Positions 28,252 through 35,736 of a stretch of 64,000 nucleotides of DNA are shown in pieces (position 1 is the stretch's first letter; each line of letters begins with the position of its first letter). The DNA lies in NCBI GenBank assembly GCA_031371195.1, contig JANMJD010000090.1:134-64133 (forward strand), read 5' to 3'. The notes under the pieces are model-generated. The model saw nothing but the letters and a program-made list of their open reading frames with translations, had not been told where the DNA came from and made no database searches. This stretch comes from Actinomycetes bacterium. GTDB lineage: Bacteria > Actinomycetota > Acidimicrobiia > Acidimicrobiales > Ilumatobacteraceae. A program made the position numbers and the translations under genes.

Positions 28252-29334
28252 GTGTCGAGGTCGGTGGTGGTCGTCGTCCGACTGCTCTCGGCGGCCACCG
28301 TTCTACGCCGCCTGGCCCGCGCCGCCCGCGCGCCGGCTCCGCTCGCCATAGGTGCTCCCGGCGCCGCCGACGCGGCCGAGGGACTCCGGATCAGCGTGAT
28401 CATTCCGGCACGCGACGAAGCCGGGCGGATCGCACCGTGCCTCGAGCGCCTGCGCAGCGCCCCCGGAGTGGTCGAGGTGATCGTCGTCGACGACCAGTCG
28501 GGTGACGACACGGCTGCCGTTGCCACCCGACGGGGGGCCCGCGTGGTCGTCGGTGCTCCCCTGCCCGACGGCTGGGCGGGCAAGGCGTGGGCGCTCGAAC
28601 AAGGGTTGCGGGCGGCCGACGGGGAGTGGATCGTGACGCTCGACGCCGACACCCGGCCCGATCCGCAGCTCCCCGCCGAACTCGTCGCCCGCATGGTTGC
28701 CGACCGACTCGACTTCGCCACGGTGGCCGGGCGATTCGACTGTCCGACGCGCGGGGCCCGATGGCTCCATCCGGCGCTGCTTACCACGCTCGTCTACCGC
28801 TACGGGCCCCCGGGTTCCAAGTCCGACCTGGCCAATGGCCAATGCATGGCGGCGAGACGTGAGACGTGGTTGGCCTCGGGCGGCATGCGACCCGTTGGCG
28901 GTGCAGTCGTCGAGGATGTCGCCCTGGTCCGCCACCTGCGACGGTCGGGTCTGGCCGTTGCCCTGCTCGACGGAGCGCCGCTCCTGACCGTGCGCATGTA
29001 CGAATCGTTCGCCGCGACGTGGTCCGGTTGGGGTCGCTCGATCGCCCTCGGTGGTGTCGACACGTCGACCCGGCAAGTCGGCCACCTCGTTGCCCTGACC
29101 GCCACCCAGGCCGCTCCCCTGGTGCGCATCGTCACCCGCCGGGCGGACCGACTCGATTTGCTCCTCGTCACATGCCGGATCGGAACCCTCGTCGGCACGG
29201 CCCGCGCCTACGACCGTCGCGATCTTGCCTACTGGCTCTCGCCGCTAGCCGACGTGGCGGCCGTCGGCCGGGTGGCGTGGTCGACGATCAAGCGCCCGAC
29301 GGCGTGGCGGGGCCGCTCGTACGCCGGGCGCTGA
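28252..29334 (+). CDS. family 2 glycosyltransferase (carotenoid glycosyltransferase candidate)
   Basis: ISVIIPARDEA...VIVVDDQSGDDT and TLDADT (DxD) with flanking hydrophobic segments. The start is uncertain (GTG at 28252 or 28264). The long ORF from 27820 overlaps crtD. Confidence 0.75.
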   Translation: MSRSVVVVVRLLSAATVLRRLARAARAPAPLAIGAPGAADAAEGLRISVIIPARDEAGRIAPCLERLRSAPGVVEVIVVDDQSGDDTAAVATRRGARVVVGAPLPDGWAGKAWALEQGLRAADGEWIVTLDADTRPDPQLPAELVARMVADRLDFATVAGRFDCPTRGARWLHPALLTTLVYRYGPPGSKSDLANGQCMAARRETWLASGGMRPVGGAVVEDVALVRHLRRSGLAVALLDGAPLLTVRMYESFAATWSGWGRSIALGGVDTSTRQVGHLVALTATQAAPLVRIVTRRADRLDLLLVTCRIGTLVGTARAYDRRDLAYWLSPLADVAAVGRVAWSTIKRPTAWRGRSYAGR

Positions 29335-29896
29335 TCGCGGCCATGGCGAAGCGCGCCCCGATCAACGACATCATCGCCCCCGTTGCCGCCACCCGAGCCC
29401 GAGGGTCGAACGCCGCCTGGACGAACGGATAGGCGAACACGGCCGTCCGCGCGCCCCATGCAAAAGACCTGGACAACGCACTGATCACAGCACAAGCGGT
29501 GAGGCAGATCACCGTGGGGATCGGCGCCAAGACGCAGCATGCACCACCGAACGTGAGGATTGAGCGGCCACCGCGGAACCGGGCGAACAGGGGCCAGGCG
29601 TGGCCGACCATCGCCGCCCCACCTGCCGCATAGCCGATCCACCACGGTCCACCGGCCAGCCGCCCGATACCGGCCGCGACGGCCCCCTTCAGCACGTCAC
29701 CGATCAACACTGGGACCGCCGCCCGGCGGCCCAGCAGCATCTTGGCGTTCCAGTAGCCGGGGTTGCGGTCACCCGCCGTTCGCAGATCGGTCCCAGAACG
29801 CCTGGCGACCAGGTCCGCCACGGGCACCGATCCGAGCAGATAGCTCGCGACGGCCACGAGGGCGGTCCTGGTGACGGTGCTCACACGTGTCAGCAT
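29288..29896 (-). CDS. divergent PlsY-family acyltransferase paralog
   Basis: YLLGSVP start and PlsY-like blocks with substitutions. GDRNPGYWN replaces GSGNxGATN, and GHAWPLFARFRGGRS replaces GHxFPxFxxFKGGKG. Start at ATG 29896 or 29923. The 3-prime end overlaps the GT2 gene by 47 bp. Confidence 0.65.
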   Translation of the reverse strand: MLTRVSTVTRTALVAVASYLLGSVPVADLVARRSGTDLRTAGDRNPGYWNAKMLLGRRAAVPVLIGDVLKGAVAAGIGRLAGGPWWIGYAAGGAAMVGHAWPLFARFRGGRSILTFGGACCVLAPIPTVICLTACAVISALSRSFAWGARTAVFAYPFVQAAFDPRARVAATGAMMSLIGARFAMAAISARRTSGPATPSGA

Positions 29897-29904
29897 GGCC
29901 GACG

Positions 29905-30768
29905 ATGGATCCAACGGCAGCACCCCGCCCGGATCTCGGTGAGTTCGGCCACGCCGACGTCGAAGCTGGCGACCAAGCGATCGCCAGTTTTCATCTCCTG
30001 CGCGAACGCCGCGGTCGAGCCGTCATCGCCATGCTCCGCCTGGGGCTCGATCGGCGCCGGCTCGCCCACACCGAGGGCCTGTTGTTCTGGCGGCTGTTGG
30101 GTACGGGCAACGGGTCACAGACCGCTCGGAGCATCGACCCCCGGCGAACGGCGATCTTCGCCGTGTGGCACGATGCCGCCAGCGCCGACCGGTTCGAGCG
30201 GACGATGGAGCCGCGCTGGACACAACTTGCCGAGGCCTACCACGTGCGGATGGTCGCCGTCGGCGGACACGGCTCGTGGAAGAACTTCGACGTCATCGCG
30301 GCCACCCGTCCACCGGGCGGCGATCTCCCGCCCCGGGCGGCTCACCGGGCGGTTCACGAGGCGGTCGCCGGGGAAGCGCCGGCCTCCGTTCCTCCGGATG
30401 GGCCGATCGTGGTCGTGACGCGGGCCGAGGTACGGCTTCGGCATCTTCGGGCGTTCACCCGTGCGGCCAAGGCCGTCAGCGCCCAACTCCCGGGCACCCC
30501 TGGCCTATTGGCGGTCTGCGGGATCGGGGAGGCGCCGATCGGCCGACAGGCGACCTGCAGCGTGTGGCGGTCGGCTACCGACATCGACGCCTTTGCGACC
30601 GGTGACGACCGGCATCGCCAGGTGATGCGCCGGACCCGTGATCAAGATTGGTACGGCGAGGAGATGTTCGCCCGCTTCCGGCCGATTGCCTCTCGGGGAA
30701 CGTGGGACGGCCACGATCCACTCGACGTGTCACCGCCGTCGGACCGCCTGAGCCGCCGAGACACCTGA
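29905..30768 (+). CDS. CrtA-like (spheroidene monooxygenase family) protein
   Basis: SFHLLRERRGRAVIAMLRLGLDRRRLAHTEGLLFWRLLGTGNG follows the CrtA N-terminal pattern (L.R.....a...m...R..L....gl.FwKLlGtG.G). A second half repeats the fold. Alternative GTG at 29887. Confidence 0.6.
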   Translation: MDPTAAPRPDLGEFGHADVEAGDQAIASFHLLRERRGRAVIAMLRLGLDRRRLAHTEGLLFWRLLGTGNGSQTARSIDPRRTAIFAVWHDAASADRFERTMEPRWTQLAEAYHVRMVAVGGHGSWKNFDVIAATRPPGGDLPPRAAHRAVHEAVAGEAPASVPPDGPIVVVTRAEVRLRHLRAFTRAAKAVSAQLPGTPGLLAVCGIGEAPIGRQATCSVWRSATDIDAFATGDDRHRQVMRRTRDQDWYGEEMFARFRPIASRGTWDGHDPLDVSPPSDRLSRRDT

Positions 30769-30860
30769 GCCGCCGAGACAACTCAGCCGCCGAGGCACCT
30801 GAGCCGCCGAGACACCTCAGCTGCCGAGACACCTCAGCTGCCGAGACACCTCAGCCGAGG
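30747..30860. repeat. 17-bp tandem repeat array, about 6.7 copies
   Basis: Units start at 30747, 30764, 30781, 30798, 30815, 30832 and 30849 (partial). They read CCTGAGCCGCCGAGACA x2, ACTCAGCCGCCGAGGCA, CCTGAGCCGCCGAGACA, CCTCAGCTGCCGAGACA x2, CCTCAGCCGAGG. The array spans both stop codons (30766-30768 and 30851-30853). Confidence 0.9.
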
Positions 30861-31321
30861 GTGATCCGCTGCGGCGAGTCGGCCGCACGCCGGGCGAGGG
30901 CGCGGGGCACGATCGGCAGCAGCATGCCGTACGGCTCGCCGGCGAAGCGGTGGTGAATCTCGTGGGCGTCGGCCAGACGATCGAGAACCTGCACATTCGG
31001 CAGCCGTCGGCCGAGACGGCGATGGATGTAGACATCGTGGACGAGGGCGTAGCTCACGCCGTAGGCACTGATCCCGATGGACGACGCCACCAAGTCACCC
31101 CAACCCGCTCGGTTCAAACCGATCGCCATCGCCGCCATCACGATCGTCGCGAAGCCGACGGGATACAGGTCGTTGGCCTCCCACCCGCTCCGGTCGAGTC
31201 GGTGATGAGAGCGGTGCAGCCGTTCGCCGACACCATGCATCACCCACCGATGGGTGGCGTACGTCACCGGCTCCATCGCCACGAAACTCGTCACCGCGGC
31301 AATCACCGGCTCGATCGACAC
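30851..31321 (-). CDS. crtZ: carotene ring hydroxylase (CrtZ-type, fatty acid hydroxylase superfamily)
   Basis: Four His boxes: HRWVMHG, HRSHH, HDVYIH, HEIHH. 156 aa with hydrophobic segments. Confidence 0.85.
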   Translation of the reverse strand: MSIEPVIAAVTSFVAMEPVTYATHRWVMHGVGERLHRSHHRLDRSGWEANDLYPVGFATIVMAAMAIGLNRAGWGDLVASSIGISAYGVSYALVHDVYIHRRLGRRLPNVQVLDRLADAHEIHHRFAGEPYGMLLPIVPRALARRAADSPQRITLG

Positions 31322-31352
31322 ATGTCAACGCTACTGCCCCGACCAGGAGGGT

Positions 31353-32501
31353 TCACCCGCCGGACCGACCGATCTCGATCTCGGTCGCCGAGATCACCCG
31401 CACGCGGAGTCCGCTTTCCTCCCACACATCGCCCGAGACCAGTACACCGACCCGAGTGGCGACGATCGACACCAGTGGGTCGGCGGCGAGGTCCACGACG
31501 TGGATGGCGATGCCGTCGGCGGCGAGATGATCGTCGTAGCCCCGCGCCTCGATCGCCTCGATCGTGACGACCTGATGGCCTGTCCCGTTGGCGACGGCCA
31601 GGCGGGGGCCACTCCCAGCTCGGGCGGAAGGAACAATGGCCAGACGACCGGTGGTCGCCGTCACGGTGACGACATCGGCCGGGTCGAGCCAACCGGCGAT
31701 CAACCGGTCGAGGGCGAGGACGTCCGGACCGTCGCGCCGCTCGGCGTCGATACGTCGTGGGGCGGCCGAGTCGCTCATCAGGTCGAGCGAACTGGCGTGT
31801 TCACCGTCCCCATCGCCCGGGCCGGCGACGTCGACGGGTGCCCGACCGGCCGCGCCGCTGGTGCTCGTACCGGGCCTGGCCGAGTGCGGCCAGCCCAGAC
31901 TGTGACCGATCTCGTGCTCCACCAGGTCCAGGGGCGGGTTGGCGCCCCAATCCGAGTGGAAGTCGGCGGCGCCGACGTAGACCGCCCGTCTTGACACCCC
32001 TGCCGAGCATCGTCGCAGCTCACAACCAGGATTGGGACCCCGCCCCCATCCGCCGGGCTGATCGGCGGCGTGCTGGGCATCGGCGATCAGCAGCACCGCG
32101 GCGGTGTCGGAGTGCGCCCGATCGAGGGCCTGCGCCGCGCACCGCTGGGAGTCGTCGTCGCGACCGAGGTCGATCTCGCCCCCGGGCGTGAACACCGGGT
32201 GATAGAGACCGCCGGAGATCGTGTCGAAGTACGCACCGACTCCCGACGTCAGCATCACGGCGAGGGCCTCGGGCCGCACCGCCACTCGCAGTACGCCGGG
32301 GTCGTAGAGCGCAATCGCCGTGTCGAGGGGAACGTGGCACACCCACACCTCGAACCGATCGTCGCCCGTTGCCGGCCGGGGATTCCCCACGCGGTCGAGC
32401 AACTGCCGGCGCGCATCGGGGGGTCGCGACGATCTTGCTGTGGAGCCGCAGCCGACACCGACGCACACCGCCAGCACACCCAGCAGCACTCGTCGGACCA
32501 C
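31353..32501 (-). CDS. zinc metalloprotease lipoprotein (HExxHxxGxxH, metzincin-like)
   Basis: GTG at 32501 gives VRRVLLGVLAVCVGVGCGS (lipobox). Zinc site VEHEIGHSLGWPH. Starts 8 nt downstream of the aat stop on the same strand. Confidence 0.7.
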   Translation of the reverse strand: MVRRVLLGVLAVCVGVGCGSTARSSRPPDARRQLLDRVGNPRPATGDDRFEVWVCHVPLDTAIALYDPGVLRVAVRPEALAVMLTSGVGAYFDTISGGLYHPVFTPGGEIDLGRDDDSQRCAAQALDRAHSDTAAVLLIADAQHAADQPGGWGRGPNPGCELRRCSAGVSRRAVYVGAADFHSDWGANPPLDLVEHEIGHSLGWPHSARPGTSTSGAAGRAPVDVAGPGDGDGEHASSLDLMSDSAAPRRIDAERRDGPDVLALDRLIAGWLDPADVVTVTATTGRLAIVPSARAGSGPRLAVANGTGHQVVTIEAIEARGYDDHLAADGIAIHVVDLAADPLVSIVATRVGVLVSGDVWEESGLRVRVISATEIEIGRSGG

Positions 32502-32509
32502 ACCCTCGA

Positions 32510-33147
32510 TCAACCGAGCGCCCCGGCCAGCATCGTGAGATAGGCGGTCCGAGAGACTTCGACGATGCCGAGCGAACGCAGATGGTCCGTCGCCCATTGC
32601 ACGTCGAGCAGGCTCATCCTCGCCTCGCGCATCAGCTCGGCTAGTGCCATCAGCGCCACCTTCGACGCATCACGTTGGTGGTGGAACATAGATTCCCCGG
32701 CGAACAACCCGCCGATCCGCACCCCGTACAAGCCACCGGCGAGTGCTCCCGACGCGTCGTAGACCTCGATGCTGTGCACCCATCCGAGATCGAACAACCG
32801 CTCGTAAGCATCGACGAACGCGGCATTGATCCAGCCGTGAGGGCGGTGAGGATCGCCGCAGGCCTCCATCACCGGCCGGAATGCGGTATCGACGCGGACC
32901 TCGAAGCGGCGGGCGCTCTGACGCATCGAGCGGGTCACGCGCAGGCCGTCGGGGAGCATCACGCCTCGCGGGTCGGGCGACCACCAGCCGATCTGACGCC
33001 GACCGTGCGGCATCGGGAAATAGGCCGACCGATACGCATTGAGCAACGTGCCCGGCGAGAGATCAGCGCCGACGGCGACGAGGTCCTCGGGAGCGCCGGT
33101 CGGATCGGGGAACGCCCAGCCCGACGACGGGGGCTCGATCGGCGTCA
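32510..33147 (-). CDS. aat: leucyl/phenylalanyl-tRNA--protein transferase
   Basis: LLNAYRSAYFPMP...IGWWSPDPRGV...GGLYGVRIGGLFAGESMFH...ASKVAL blocks. GTG start at 33147 (alternative 33162). The long ORF extension to 33892 is antisense to hbd. Confidence 0.9.
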
Positions 33148-33282
33148 CGTCCCAGCCGGCCACGTCACCCGTTCTAGCGCGTCTCCGCTCGCCTCGGGCT
33201 TCGCGGGAGGCTCGCCCGCCACGGGATGGGCCACGCCGAACGGATCGGCCCGGGCTGTGGACGAACGCCGGCGCGCCTGCGA

Positions 33283-34146
33283 TCAGCGGGCGTAGTCGTA
33301 GAAGCCCCGGCCCGACTTGCGCCCCAGGCGCCCGGCGGCGACCATACGTCGCAGCGTCGGCACGGCGGCGTAGTTGGCGTCGCGGAACTCCTGGTAGAGC
33401 GCATCGAGAATGGCCAGCGAGGTGTCGAGGCCGACGAGGTCGAGCAGTGCGAACGGTCCCATCGGAAAGTTGCAGCCGCCCTTCATCGCCACGTCGATGT
33501 CGTCCATCGATGCAGTGCCCTGCTCCCACATGCGAACGGCATTGTTGAGGTAGGGGAACAACAGCGCGTTGACGACGAACCCGGCACGGTCGGCCACGTC
33601 GACGGCGTCCTTTCCGCACGCCTCGGCAAAACCGCGAGCAGCGGCGATCGTCTCGTCGGTGGCGACGATCGGCCGGACGATCTCGACCAGTTTCATCATC
33701 GGAGCCGGGTTGAAGAAGTGGATGCCACATACCTGGCCCGGACGCCGGGTCATCATCGCCATCTCGACGATCGGCAGGGTCGACGTGTTCGTCGACAGTA
33801 CGGCCTCGGGCTTGACGATCCGGTCGAGCTGGCCGAACAACGCCTTTTTCACCGCCAGATCCTCGACGACCGACTCGATCACCAGGTCGCACCCGGCCAG
33901 ATCGGTGAGATCATCGGTCGCCGCCACGCGGCCGAGGATCTCGGCCAGTTCGTCGTCGGTCAACCGCCCCTTGGCCACTTGCTTGGCCAGGCCTGTCGCC
34001 AGGGCGGCGATCATGCCATCGGCGGCGGCCTGCGTACGGGAACGCACGATCACGTCATAGCCCGCCCTGGCCGCCACCTCGGCCAACCCGGCGCCCATGA
34101 TCCCCGACCCGAGGATGCCAACCGTCGCAATCGTCACCTGCTCCAT
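33283..34146 (-). CDS. hbd: 3-hydroxybutyryl-CoA / 3-hydroxyacyl-CoA dehydrogenase
   Basis: VGILGSGIMGAGLA NAD fold, STNTSTLPI, IHFFNPAPMMKLVEIV and GFVVNALLFPYLN blocks. Confidence 0.9.
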   Translation of the reverse strand: MEQVTIATVGILGSGIMGAGLAEVAARAGYDVIVRSRTQAAADGMIAALATGLAKQVAKGRLTDDELAEILGRVAATDDLTDLAGCDLVIESVVEDLAVKKALFGQLDRIVKPEAVLSTNTSTLPIVEMAMMTRRPGQVCGIHFFNPAPMMKLVEIVRPIVATDETIAAARGFAEACGKDAVDVADRAGFVVNALLFPYLNNAVRMWEQGTASMDDIDVAMKGGCNFPMGPFALLDLVGLDTSLAILDALYQEFRDANYAAVPTLRRMVAAGRLGRKSGRGFYDYAR

Positions 34147-34288
34147 CCACGTATGTTACTCGATGGTAACTATCGGCGCCAGCAGCCGTTCGATACCGGT
34201 CGTTGTGACGCCTGACCGGAGGCATGTTCACCGTCGCGCTACCCGGTGGACACCGGTTGTTGGGAAGCGATCGGTACCGTCGAACGAG

Positions 34289-35089
34289 ATGACAACTCCC
34301 GTGATATCCGATCCGGTACTGCCCGACGTGGGCGCCGACCACCGTCGGGTGGTCCCCTTGTTCGCCGTGCACAACTTCCGTGACATGGGCGGCTATCCGA
34401 CCGTCGACGGTCGCCAGACCCGTTGGCATCACCTGTTCCGCGCCGATGGACTCCAGCGCCTGACCGAGAGCGACCTCGAACTGCTGCGGGCGTACCGTCT
34501 GCGGACAGTGATCGACCTGCGAACGATTGGCGAGATCGAGGAGTGGGGCAAGTTCGCCGCCGAGCAGTACCCGGTCAAGTTCGTCCACCTTCCGATCGTC
34601 GACGCCACCTGGCATTTCGAGGACCGCAAGCTCGACGGCAGCCCCCACGAGTTCCTCGTCTCGGCCTATCTCGACATGCTGCAGCTAGGTGCCGGCCGCT
34701 TCGCCGAGGCGCTGCGGCTGCTCGCCGAACCGAACGTCGGACCGGTGGTCTTCCACTGCGCGGCAGGCAAGGACCGCACCGGTCTCGTCGCCGCCCTGAC
34801 GCTGGCCGCCCTCGGCGTGCCCGACGAGTACATCGCCGCCGATTACGGCCTGACGGCCGATGGCATGGCCCGCACCCGGGCCTGGGCCGCCACCCACCGT
34901 CCGGCGCTGCTCGAGCGGATGGACAGTGCGCCGCCCGGGTTCATGGCAGCACTTCCGTCGGCCCTGCTCGAGGTCCTCGACGACATCCGGCTCCTCCATG
35001 GCTCGATCACCGAGTACCTCGGCACCATCGGCGTCACGGACCACGTGATCGACAACCTACGCGCCAATCTGTTGACCGACGCCCCGTAG
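34289..35089 (+). CDS. protein-tyrosine phosphatase family protein (Y_phosphatase3-like)
   Basis: P-loop HCAAGKDRTG. NFRDMGG and LFRADGL blocks near the N-terminus. ATG at 34289. Confidence 0.8.
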   Translation: MTTPVISDPVLPDVGADHRRVVPLFAVHNFRDMGGYPTVDGRQTRWHHLFRADGLQRLTESDLELLRAYRLRTVIDLRTIGEIEEWGKFAAEQYPVKFVHLPIVDATWHFEDRKLDGSPHEFLVSAYLDMLQLGAGRFAEALRLLAEPNVGPVVFHCAAGKDRTGLVAALTLAALGVPDEYIAADYGLTADGMARTRAWAATHRPALLERMDSAPPGFMAALPSALLEVLDDIRLLHGSITEYLGTIGVTDHVIDNLRANLLTDAP

Positions 35090-35103
35090 GGCACACTGGA
35101 GGA

Positions 35104-35736
35104 ATGAACGGGACACTTGCCCTGATCGGCGGGGGCGAGTTCGCCCAAACCGAGGCCCTCGACCGCCGACTGCTGGAAGCGGCCGGCACCGAACGGGTGG
35201 TCGTACTGCCGACGGCGGATGCCTTCGAACATCCCCAACGAGCGGTGGACCGGGCGGCGACGTGGTTTGCCGGGCTCGGCGGTTCCGCTGTCGGGGTCAA
35301 CGTCCTCACCCGGCGCGACGCGCTCGATCCGGCCAACTCCGCGGCGCTCCGTTCGGCCCGCTTCGTCTATCTCGTCGGCGACTCACCCATGCATCTGCGC
35401 TCGGCGCTGAAGCACACGCCGGTGTGGGACGCCCTGCAGGGAGTACTCGAAGCCGGCGGAGTCGTCGCCGCCAGTACTGCCGCCGCCGCGGCCCTGTGCG
35501 ATCCAATGGTCGACCCGCGCGGCGGCGCCTTCACCCTCGGCCTCGGCCTGGTCAGCGGACTGGCGCTCGTGACCGAGTCCGAGACATGGTCGGGTGAGCG
35601 GCTGAAGCGCACACTCGACATGGCCAAAGGCTTCACCGTGGCCACGATGCCCTCGGGCAGTGCACTGGTGCGCGACGACTCAGGTTGGCAGACCGTCGGT
35701 GCCGTCGAACTCATCGGTGGCCAGCTCCCCGGGTAG
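35104..35736 (+). CDS. peptidase S51 / cyanophycinase-like (class I glutamine amidotransferase-like fold) protein
   Basis: ATG at 35104, 2 nt after GGAGGA. LALIGGGEF...VVVLPTA...FVYLVGDSP pattern. The nucleophile-elbow position reads AASTAA rather than GxSAG, so activity is uncertain. Confidence 0.55.
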   Translation: MNGTLALIGGGEFAQTEALDRRLLEAAGTERVVVLPTADAFEHPQRAVDRAATWFAGLGGSAVGVNVLTRRDALDPANSAALRSARFVYLVGDSPMHLRSALKHTPVWDALQGVLEAGGVVAASTAAAAALCDPMVDPRGGAFTLGLGLVSGLALVTESETWSGERLKRTLDMAKGFTVATMPSGSALVRDDSGWQTVGAVELIGGQLPG

